From contig NW_027266270.1 in the NCBI RefSeq assembly GCF_022045235.1, forward strand, positions 9,362,001-9,426,000: a stretch of 64,000 bases of DNA, given 5' to 3'. Of this stretch, positions 12,500-23,230 are shown one piece after another. Under the pieces are notes generated by a model. The model ran no database searches, was not told where the DNA came from, and saw nothing but the letters and a program-made list of their open reading frames with translations. Position numbers and translations under genes: made by a program. Every line of letters starts with the position of its first letter. The stretch's first letter is position 1. This DNA is from Haliotis cracherodii. Taxonomy: Eukaryota.

Positions 12500-12770
12500 G
12501 GTCATTTGCTGCGCATGAGTGTTGAGTGGCGGATGGAGTGGCAACAGGAGCAGAGACGGTCACCTATTTCGCCTGCAAAGCGCCATCTGGTGGCGGGTCG
12601 ATTTTGCACGTACTCCCGCTTGACACTCACTGCGCAGGCGCACAATCTTAAACTGTGACCTTGACGCGCGCACATGATATAGATAACCAGCTAGAAAACG
12701 GACGGATATGAAATGTTTGACGGAAGATGGGTGGTTATGAAGGAAATAAACAGAAGAAGTCGGAAGGCCG
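12500..12770. promoter_or_regulatory. CpG-rich promoter/insulator-like motif cluster (CTCF-, NRF1-, ETS-like)
   Basis: GCGCCATCTGGTGG at 12580-12593, TGCGCAGGCGCA at 12631-12642, TGACCTTGA at ~12656, CGGAAG at 12721 and 12761. No linked gene identified. Confidence 0.35.
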
Positions 12771-13234
12771 TGTCAATAAGATATGGAAATACACTGTCAG
12801 ATAAATTGATTCAGAATCGGAAAAAGACGGCATCATGTCACATGTACAGACAACAACCAAAAGGTTACAGTTAAAAAACCGGGACAAACATCTCCACGTC
12901 TCAGGGTCAATGTCAAAGACTGGGCAAAGTTTCATGCCGGCAAATATTTTGGTCGTGTGTAATTCGGTCTGTTCAAATTATCCTTCTGTTAACTCAGGGC
13001 ACCCGTAGGATGAGATGGTAATGTGATTGTTAACTTCATATCGCCTAACATGCTGCTTGAGGGGCTGAAAATTGAATGCACACTGATCCCGAGAAATACT
13101 GTTGAGTGGTAATAACTTGGAAAATGCTTTATACAAATCCATTATTTATTAAATTAATTTAATGTGTGAGGAGCCACCAACACCGACAGTGTACACACGA
13201 TCACACATTATACAAACCACAGGTTTACAGACCA

Positions 13235-13398
13235 GGGGGCGGTCGGGTAGCCTTGCAATTAAGGCGTTTGGTCGTCACACCGAAGCCCGGGCTCGATTCC
13301 CGACATGGGAACAATGTGTGAAGCCCATTTCTGGTGTCCGCCGCCGTGATATTGCTGGAATATTGATAAACGCGGCGTAAAACCATACTCTCACTCAC
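13235..13398 (+). mobile_element. SINE family A
   Basis: Perfect 11-bp TSD TTTACAGACCA at 13224-13234 and 13399-13409. Confidence 0.9.
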
Positions 13399-14664
13399 TT
13401 TACAGACCAATGTGCATTCAAATGCACTTTTATCTTCCTGGGGAATATATGTCCACTTGGCTGATTCTGATAATACTATTTCAATATATGTTTTCAAATC
13501 AACATTAAAACACACATTTATTCACAACTTTTTTTCCAAAACATCCAGTATCTTGTCCAGAGAACAATGTAGTTTTACTAAAACCTGAGTAAAAATATTT
13601 TCCCTGTGTTTTTCCGGAACAAAATATTATTTTATAAGGTTACGAGATCGAGCGTAAAGTTAGTCCCTTTCGGTACCAATCAATTAACAGATAAAGATCA
13701 TTGCACTTGGCCTATTGATACGATACCAAACCATTGACAGATGAAGCTAAAAGTTGAAATGTTGATTTAATGTCAAACCATTAGCGGAAAGAGCTTGCAT
13801 TGGCCTATTGTTATAATACCAAACCATAAGCCTGTTGATAAAATACCCAGCCATATCATGGATTAAGCTTGAAAGCAAATACCATACCATGAACAGATAA
13901 ATCTTGCTGTACCCAACCATAAACAGATAAATCTTACGACGCTGAACAATTTACAGACAAAGGTTGACGTTAGTCTCTTAATTTGTGAAGTTTGCATTTG
14001 TCTTGCCACAAAAGGGCATCAATATTGATCATCTGATGATAACCCCTTCCGTTTTCAATGCAGTAATATATATATCATCTGCAGTTACTTCAGAGTGAAA
14101 TATTCTTCACGACAATATTTCTTCGTACTTTATCTTGTGCGGACAACTTGAGGAAAGAATGCATGTTTTTAGGTTGGAGGATTCAGACAGTTATACACAT
14201 GGATAAGGGGATTTCCCATGATATCCCCCTCGTCTTCTTGACACAACTAATTTCCGAGAATCAACGCATGAGTGATCTTCTGCGAAGTTTCAAACTTCCC
14301 CAGGATAGAACGAGCCTTTGTGTCAAGCAGTGTCAAACAAGGTCAAGGTCATATGATGACAACTGAGACAGACAGTCGGTGTCCTGTTCACAATTGTTTT
14401 GTTTCTAAAATGACACTTCCTTGCGTTACAGGCCGTTGATCACAGCATATTATTTCTTTAGTACGGAATTGTAATAATGCCTTATTTATGCGAATAAAGT
14501 AGTAATATCTGTTTTAACAGGACAGACGATTAGTCTCGATCAATGAGAGTATTGGGGAAATAAACACTTGTTGAGCGTGGATAAACGTAAATACAAGATT
14601 CAAGATAGCATTTCATAAATAAAACTAAGATCAAATAAATTCAAGAACCCGAAGAGATCAAGTG

Positions 14665-14860
14665 TTCACTTTTTTAGTTAAAGCCACACACAACTATATT
14701 CCAGCTACTTTTCAACGACCTGTAAATAATCGAGTCTGGACCATACAATTCAGTGGTTGATATAATCAACATGGTTCTGCATCGTCTGGGTACGATGTTA
14801 TGCAGCCACCGGGCCTCTTACGATAAACATAGGTTGCTGTCAATTGTTACCCAGAATCCC
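14665..14860 (-). mobile_element. SINE-like family C, decayed
   Basis: CTGTAAATAATCGAGTCTGGACCA and CCTCTTACGATAAACATAGGTTGCTG match family C in reverse. Confidence 0.6.
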
Positions 14861-15039
14861 CAAAAGAACAAGACAGTTACTCTATCATATGACCAAGTCA
14901 GTGAATAACTTTGGAAAGAGTTTGATAGCAAAAATAGTGTAAACCTATCTAAATGAAGGAATGTATTTGTCAGAATCAAGATTAATTCCATTCTTGTGTT
15001 ATTTCGTTACTTTGTACACGGAGGTAAAATTTCCAGGGA

Positions 15040-16715
15040 AGCGAGTCGTGAAGAGGGAAGTTCTTGGAGAGTATGGAGTCGTGAGGAGGGATGGTTCTGG
15101 GAGAGTACAGAGTTGTGAGGAGTGATGGTTTGGGAGTGTAGAGAGCCGTGAAGAGGGAGTGAGTGAGTGAGTGAGTGAGTATAGAGTCGTGAAGAAGGAT
15201 GTTCTGGGAGAGTATAGACTTGTGAGGAGGGATGGTTCTGTGAGAGAAGAGAGTCGTGAGGAAGGATGTTCTGGGAGAGTAGAGAGTTGTGGAGGAAGGA
15301 TGTTCTGGGAGAGTAGAGAGTCATGAAGAGTGATGGTTCTGGGAGAGTACAGAGTTGTGAGGAGAGTTGGTTCTGGGAGAGTAGAGAGTCGTGAAGGAAG
15401 GATGTTCTGGTAGAGCAGAGAGTCGTGAAGAGGGATGTTCTGGGAGAGTATAGAGTCGTGAGGAGGGATGTTCTGGGAGAGTATAGAGTCGTGAGGAGGG
15501 ATGGTTCTGGGAGAGTAGAAAATCATGAAGGGTGATGAATCGGGGAGAGTAGAGAGTCGTGAAGAGAGATGGTTATGGGAGAGTAGAGAGTCGTGAAGAG
15601 GGATGGTTCTGAGAGACTAGAGAGTCGTGAAGGAAGGATGTTCTGGCAGAGCAGAGAGTCGTGAAGAGGGATGTTCTGGAAGAGTATAGAGTCGTGAGGA
15701 GGGATGGTTCTGGGAGAGTAGAAAATCGTGAGTCGTGAAGAGTCGTGAAGAGAGATGGTTATGGGAGAGTATAGACTTGTGAGGAGGGATGGTTCTGTGA
15801 GAGAAGAGAGTCGTGAGGAAGGATGTTCTGGTAGAGTAGAGAGTTGTGGAGGAAGGATGTTCTGGGAGAGAGTCATGAAGAGTGATGGTTCTGGGAGATT
15901 ATAGAGTTGGGAGGAGAGTTGGTTCTGGGAGAGTAGAGAGTCGTGAAGGAAGGATGTTCTGGTAGAGCAGAGAGTCGTGAAGAGGGATGTTCTGGGATGT
16001 TCTGGGAGAGTATAGACTTGTGAGGAGGGATGGTTCTGTGAGAGAAGAGAGTCGTGAGGAAGGATGTTCTGGTAGAGTAGAGAGTTGTGGAGGAAGGATA
16101 TTCTGGGAGAGTAGAGAGTCATGAAGAGTGATGGTTCTGGGAGAGTAGAGAGTCGTGAGGAGGGATGGTTCTGGGAGAGTAGAGAGTCGTGAAGGAAGGA
16201 TGTTCTGGTAGAGCAGAGAGTCGTGAAGAGGGATGTTCTGGAAGAGTATAGAGTCGTGAGGAGGGATGGTTCTGGGAGAGTAGAAAATCGTGAAGAGTGA
16301 TGAATCGGGGAGAGTAGAGAGTCGTGAAGAGAGATGGTTATGGGAGAGTAGAGAGTTGTGAGGAGGGGTGGTTCTGGGAGAGTAGAGAGTCGTGAAGGAA
16401 AGATGCTCTGATTGAGTAGCGAGATGTGAAGTGGGATGGTTCTGGGAGAGCAGCGAGACGTGAAGGAATGATGTTCTGGTAGAGTAGAGAGTCGTGAAGG
16501 AAGGATGTTCTGAGAGAGTAGAGAGTCGTGAAGGAAGGATGTTCTGAGAGAGTAGAGAGACGTGAAGGAAGGATGTTCTGAGAGTGTAGAGAGTCGTGAA
16601 CGAAGGATGTTCCTGGAGAGTAGAGAGTCGTGAAGGAAGGATGTTCTGAGAGAGTAGAGAGTCGTGAAGAAGGATGGTTCTGGGAGAGTAGAGAGTCGTG
16701 AAGAAGGATGTTCTG
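15040..16715. repeat. ~34-bp purine-rich minisatellite (GAGTCGTGAAGGAAGGATGTTCTGGGAGAGTAGA) with higher-order blocks
   Basis: Roughly 45-50 tandem variant units. The repetitive minus-strand ORFs come from it. Confidence 0.95.
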
Positions 16716-17311
16716 ATCAAATAGGGACTGGTCGGCTATACCGTCAGTATACTGTGTTGGGTATCCATGTTAAACTGCGGCAATATGAGACTGATTGCAG
16801 CCCTCAAACCGGGATCAATAACGTAGTTTACCCAATGCTCTATCACAATTAGACGTGTGTTTGGCGCGAACAACCAGTTGTTTTGTCAGTGTGCGGTGGT
16901 GTGTAACAACCAACTGAGAACAGGTCACAATCCGCGCAAAGGGGTCGACATGCTTCCGATCGGATTAAAGCCATTTAGGATAACACCCCCAATAAATCAA
17001 ATTACCCAATCATGCACAAACGGTTCTAAATTAACTCCCAATTATATTCGCTGATATTGACACAGATAAAGACAGTGCGTGAGACGCGCTCAACTTTAAT
17101 TACAAGATACCGTTTCATGAATTATTGTTCACACGAACGATTTTTAATTTCATTGTCATACCTGTATTTTTTTTGTTTTAGTTTTTTTTCTGTTTAGAAA
17201 AATAAAAAAGGTACATATCCTTTTGGATGGAATGCTAAAGTGTTGCCAGTTGCAGAGTAGATCATTTACAGGTCGCCTTGTATAGCTTGACTATTGCTGA
17301 CTGTGGCGTTA

Positions 17312-17381
<70 letters not shown>

Positions 17382-17400
17382 GGTGATTATAATAATAATA
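17312..17400. repeat. Compound (AAT)n(GAT)n microsatellite
   Basis: Directly visible in the sequence. Confidence 0.95.
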
Positions 17401-17915
17401 CCATATGCTGTGCCCGTCCTTTCGTATTCTTCTGGTGTTGTTGATTGGACGAAACAGGAAATTCAGGGTATTGACAGCCTCACACGAAGAATCATGTCAG
17501 ACAATAGATCCCACCACCCTCGCTCTTCCCTCAATCGCTTATATTTACCAATTATGATGGGAGGGCGTGGTTTGATTAATGTGGAGGCTCTTCATGATAG
17601 AATTGTTTTGTGCACTTTTGCACACATTAATTTTCTAATGATCCTATAGTGAAGCATGTCAAGACTCATAATGAAAACAAGGCATTCCACAGTTTTCGTA
17701 AACGAGCTAAGGTACGGTACAGCAATGAGTGTTCATGTGAAGTGCCATATCAAATCGGCGCAAGGAGAGGCTTTCTGAAAATCGAGTTTATGTGCAGTGT
17801 GTTGAGAAGATCAGCAACCCTAAAGAGTCCTTCGCTTGGATGAGGTCTGCTGGCCTGAAAAGTGAAACAGAAGGCTTTCCGTTTGCTGCTCAGGACCAGT
17901 CACTTCCTACTCGAA
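17400..17915 (+). mobile_element. 5'-truncated non-LTR retrotransposon fragment, R4/Dong-like
   Basis: YAVPVLSYSSGVVDWT...HHPRSSLNRLYLPIMMGGRGLINVE and SFAWMRSAGLKSETEGFPFAAQDQSLPTR match post-RT motifs typical of R4-clade elements; broken by stops and frameshifts. Confidence 0.75.
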
Positions 17916-18185
17916 TGATGGGCCCTGAGCTGATGATGAGCCTAACCAGCCAGACTGTGCCAGGATCACCCAAACCCTCTTTGCTGCATTTTTTNNNNNN
18001 NNNNNNNNNNNNNNNNNNNNNNNNNNNNNNNNNNNNNNNNNNNNNNNNNNNNNNNNNNNNNNNNNNNNNNNNNNNNNNNNNNNNNNNNNNNNNNNNNNNN
18101 NNNNNNNNNNNNNNNNNNNNNNNNNNNNNNNNNNNNNNNNNNNNNNNNNNNNNNNNNNNNNNNNNNNNNNNNNNNNNNNNNNNNN

Positions 18186-19700
18186 TTAACATATTTCGCA
18201 CTTGCCTCCATACACGCAGCGCGTACCCAAAGCGCTGACATTATTACCCCGCTCAATGGATCAGTCTGTACTCCCTGGGAAGTATACAACTCACGCTGCT
18301 TTGTCGCTTTACTTTCACAATTTAAAATCATGAATATTACCATGACAGTTGTGAACATACACAAAGACATATCATTGTTGTTTATGAGTTGTTATGACAC
18401 ATGTGTACCCTGAGGATAAACGTGCTCAATTCTGGTTGTGGTGTAACCCCTGACCCTGGCCATGTCAAGGTCACACAGTGTTTATGGCGTTTCAGATAGT
18501 TGACTTGATGTTGTGACCAGGAGCCCAATGTCCTGAAAACTTGCCTCCAGCTACCTGCAGAGGTGACACGATGGCGGCAACTGATATAAGGGAGGTAACT
18601 CTAATCCGGCTGTCAACACACAACAACTTTCAGTGATTGGGGTCACCTCTGGATACCGCTTGACACACACGGGAATCACGCTTGTGCTAGCGACATACCA
18701 GCTGCCTTGATAACTACTGCTGCTACTGCTACTGCTGCTACCACTACTTCTTCTTCTTCTTCTTCTACTACTACCACCTCTACCATTTCTACTTCTACTT
18801 CTACTACCGCAACTACTTCTACTACTACTACAACTACTTCTCCTACTACTGCTACTACTATTATTACATCTACTGCTACTTCTACTACTGCTACTACTTC
18901 TANNNNNNNNNNNNNNNNNNNNNNNNNNNNNNNNNNNNNNNNNNNNNNNNNNNNNNNNNNNNNNNNNNNNNNNNNNNNNNNNNNNNNNNNNNNNNNNNNN
19001 NNNNNNNNNNNNNNNNNNNNNNNNNNNNNNNNNNNNNNNNNNNNNNNNNNNNNNNNNNNNNNNNNNNNNNNNNNNTTAACATCTTTCGCACTTGCCTCCA
19101 TACACGCGGCGCACACCCAAAGCGCTGACATTATTAACCTGCTCAATGGATCAGTCTGTACTCCCTGGGAAGTATACAACTCACGCTGCTTTGTCGCTTT
19201 ATTTCACAATTTAAAATCATGAATATTACCATGACAGTTGTGAACATGCACAAAGACATATCATTGTTGTTTATGAGTTGTTATGACACATGTGTACCCT
19301 GAGGATAAACGTGCTCATTTCCGAGGGTGGTGTAACCTCTAACCCTGGCCATGTCAAGGTCACACAGTGTTTATGTCGTTTCAGATAGTTGACTTGATGT
19401 TGTGACCAGGAGCCCAATGTCCTGAAAACTGGCCTCCAGCTACCTGCAAGAGGTGACACGATGGCGGCAACTGATGTAAGGGAGGTAACTCTAATCCAGC
19501 TGTCAACACACAACAACTTTCAGTGATTGGGGTCACCTCTGGATACCGCTTGACACACACGGGAATCACGCTTGTGCTAGCGACATATCAGCCTTGATAA
19601 CTACTACTGCTACTACCACTACTCCTTCTTCTTCTTCTACTACTACCACCGCTACCATTACTACTACTTCTACTAGCACAACTACTAGTAGCAGTACTAC
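18186..19700. repeat. Two ~95%-identical copies of a ~520-bp segment plus ACT-rich repeat, each starting right after an N gap (gaps 17995-18185 and 18903-19075)
   Basis: Both copies begin TTAACAT[A/C]TTTCGCACTTGCC (18186 and 19076) and are colinear into the (ACT)n tract. Confidence 0.88.
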
Positions 19701-19714
19701 TACTACAACTACCT

Positions 19715-19772
<58 letters not shown>

Positions 19773-19834
19773 TACTGCTACTTATACTACTATCACCGAA
19801 ACCACTACAACTATCACTATTACTACTACTGCTG

Positions 19835-19870
<36 letters not shown>

Positions 19871-20150
19871 TTACAACTACTACTACTACTATTACCACTA
19901 ATATTGGTGATGCTGCTACTGCTACAACTACTACTACTGCTAGTGCTGCCATTACCACAACTTCTACCACTACTACTACTACTTCTAGTAGAACTACTAC
20001 CACTACTACTGCTACTATCACAGCCGCTGCTGCTACTGCTTCTGCTACTAACACTACCTCTACTCCTACTGCAACTTCTGCTACTACTACTAATACCACC
20101 GTTACCACCACTACCACTACAACTTCTACTTCTACCACTACAACTACGAT
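19597..20150. repeat. Degenerate (ACT)n trinucleotide tract
   Basis: Directly visible; gives poly-Thr, poly-Leu and poly-Val ORFs. Confidence 0.9.
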
Positions 20151-20204
20151 GCCTGCACCTTTTACTTTAAGACCGCCTGCCTGGGCCTGTGGATAGAGTG
20201 AGTA

Positions 20205-20347
20205 AGAGAGTGAATGAGTGAGTAGGGTTTAACGCCGCCTTTAACAATATTCGAATTATATCACGGCGTGTCCGCTTAATGCGGGAGGAAAGCCTCGAAG
20301 TGGTGCAGGTCTTAGACGTTTACCACTTCGGTGAAACCCACTAGCAC
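20205..20347 (-). mobile_element. SINE family B, 3' half
   Basis: Matches 9595-9730. Confidence 0.8.
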
Positions 20348-20361
20348 CCCAACCATCATTA

Positions 20362-21627
20362 CTGAACCGAAAAAGAAACGTCACCCAAAGTTACATTGCA
20401 TGAAAAGTTGTCATTTAAATATCTGGGTAATTTTTGTCAAAGTTTCTACAATTTAACAATACCTTGTCCGGAAAAATGAAATTTGATGATCGCATCAGGG
20501 CAACGGCCATGGTAACCCGATGCACGTGAGTTCCGTGCAAATTGATATGCACATGCGTTCTCCCATTTCTTGCCCTATACAAATCCACCCAGATCGGTTA
20601 ACATTCTTCCGTTATTGGATTGCTACCACATGCCAAAATTGACTAGAAATCCGCGACACCAAGCCCTTGGACGATTGCAAGCTGAACAAACCGCCCGGCA
20701 AGTAGCCAATGTTTTTCGAGTCCACGTAAGGACCATATACATGCTCCAGCAACTGTACCAGACCACCAACACTACAGATGACCGACCACGTAGTGGAAGA
20801 CCAAGGGTCACAACCCGACGTTAGGATCGTCAGATTGTGCTACAGCATTTCAAGATCACATTGTTACTGCTGCGGAAACTGCTCGACAGACCATGGGGAC
20901 ACACCAGCGACACATTATTGCGGACATCGTGCGTCGGCGATTTACGAGCAAACACCTCCACTGTCACAGGCCACACCGAGGACCTATTCTGACACCACGT
21001 CATCGCCGGGACCGTCTTCAGTGGGCAACACAGCACCAGCATTGGCGCCACCAGCAGTGGAGAAGAGTCCTCTTCTCAGACGAGAGCCGTTACTGTATCT
21101 CAACAGCAGATGGCAGAGAGAGAGAGAGAGAGAGAGAGAGTCTGGCGACGCCGTGGGGAACGTTATTCGGATGCATGTGTTGTTGAGAGAGACTCGTGGG
21201 GTGGTCAGAGCATCATGGTGTGGGGTGGAATTGATCCCATTGAGCACCCCTGGGACGAGATTCAAAGACGGCTGAATGACGTCCGACCAAGGCCGACAAC
21301 TGCAGCTGAACTGCGTCAGGCGGTCCTCAGAGTGTGGGCTCAAGTGCCTATGGCCTTCATCACCCGCCTCATCCATTCCATGTAACGACGTTGCACGGCA
21401 ATCATCAGTGCACATGGCGGACACACGAGATACTGACTTGTGATGCCATTTTCTCAGAGGCTAGTGTTGTGTTTCACTTTAAGAACATTTGACACTTTAA
21501 TTTCAACCTTGATCATCAGTTTCGCCAAGTTTCATCTTTTTATTATGTCTCAAAATATGTTTACATTGTTTGGACAAATAAGGTTTCTCATATATCTATC
21601 CATGGTGACGTATCTCTTGCTGTTCAG
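20362..21627 (+). mobile_element. Tc1-family DNA transposon, family 1, both TIRs, internally deleted transposase
   Basis: TA|CTGAACCGAAAAAGAAACGTCACC ... GGTGACGTATCTCTTGCTGTTCAG|TA. MPKLTRN..., VLFSDES, WGGI fused directly to PIEHPW, GGHTRY*. Internal (GA)n expansion. Confidence 0.93.
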
Positions 21628-21789
21628 TATATTTCAAGGAACAGACACCAAGTCCTCGCGCTCACACATGTACTACCACTATTGATACGGAAACTCCGCC
21701 CCTCTATCCCCATCCCCCCTTTTGAAAACCAAATGTAGTATGTTGTAGGCAAAAAACGTATCTGAAGTTTGAACGTTACTTGTAAGTGT

Positions 21790-21993
21790 TCGTTTGTTTG
21801 GGGTTTACCTGACCATCCCGAGATTTGGCATCATGATCATCGATCCAAGCAATTGGGAGACGATAGCATGCATTAACCAAGTCAGCGAGCCTGACCTTCT
21901 GATCTCTTTGGTCGCCTCATACGACAAGCATTGTCGCCTTTTATGGCAAGCAGGGGTTGCTGAAGACCTATTCTACCCCGGATCTTCACGGGT
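21790..21993 (-). mobile_element. SINE-like family C with intact 5' head
   Basis: Reverse complement reads ACCCGTGAAGATCCGGGGTAGAATAGGTCTTCAGCAACCCCTGCTTG... Confidence 0.75.
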
Positions 21994-22364
21994 TACATGT
22001 AACAAAACTGGTGCGTGTAAATCTGGATAGTTCAATTCTGGCACAAAACAAAGTGTATCGGAAAATAGAACAAGAGAACACAAAATATGCGGTTCTTCTT
22101 ATGTTTTTGTATGCTGTATACCCAAGACAAGAAGTATTTTTTTATAAGTTTAGTCACTATGCGACAGATGTATATTTATGGTGAATCCTATGAAGACAAG
22201 TATCATGTGCGCACCACACAGGTAAAACAAACAGAGGAAGTTAAGCACCGATGGTCGCGAAGTGTTCCTGGATAGGTGACCGTATTCGTCAAGCTGAGAG
22301 TTTTCCAGGGTCCAACACTGAAACACGTGTTATACAGAAGGTCTCCTATACAAGTGTTCGATGT

Positions 22365-23191
22365 AGTTATGTCTCTGTGCATCCAGCAGTGACTGCGTAC
22401 CTGATGGGATGAGGTTGTCGTGTGACTAACTTTGAACCTTCTAGCCACTTTAGGATAGCTTGGGTTTTAAACTCAGTGCAATTCGAGTGAGCACTGACCA
22501 ACTGACCGGGGTAATAATAATCCAGCGTGATGTGGATACATTATGAGTTACCAATAAATAATTATATACTGGCGTATTAACATTAACAGTTCATTACACG
22601 GTTGTGTGTTCTGTTCGTATTTTAGTAACTAACATTTTACGTAAGCTTCGTTTACATATGCTTTTATATCAGTCTGTCAAGATATGTTAGTATAAGATCA
22701 AGTAATGAACACAATCTCAGGAAACTAGCCTCTGGAGCAGTATGACCATTTAAAGAATATTGCAAGACTTGTATTCTATGGATCAGCTGAAATTGTCTCT
22801 AGAGAATGCTATTGTAAAACTGTTGCCAGTAATATTGTAAAGCACGTGTTTATGTCTTGCACGATCAATATGAATGACCGAAATGTACTTTTTAACACCA
22901 TAAGTGATATCCTGGATGTAAATGTTTTTGTTAAGATCTGGGAGAAAGATGATGATGTTATTCTTGCGTTTATACTTGGTGGATGTCCAATAGAATGTAT
23001 TATGGAACTAGAAAGAGATGTGTGGGCAGAAGTAATAATTAATCAAAGCCGCTTTATAAGGAAATGACGATACCTGCTAAAAAACTTGTATGTTTATGAA
23101 CATGTGTAAATATATCCCCAATTCATGTTAAACATGCAACATAATTATATCTGCATATTGTAACCTTCATGCAATTGCAGGAAATAAAGAA

Positions 23192-23230
<39 letters not shown>

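Noticed and set aside
11745-12530. Several 60-90 aa ORFs suggesting a decayed coding region or transposase
   Set aside because: No motif I can identify with confidence; many stops in every frame. BLASTX would be needed.
13670-13960. Degenerate ACCAT..ACAGATAAA repeats
   Set aside because: Too irregular to define a unit or a function.
14999-16720. Long Ser/Leu/Pro-rich minus-strand ORFs
   Set aside because: Open in several frames because the 34-bp satellite lacks stop codons; no splice or domain support.
19594-20196. 200-aa poly-Thr mucin-like ORF
   Set aside because: (ACT)n microsatellite, non-ATG start, no signal peptide or flanking exons; the duplicate copy has a different tract.
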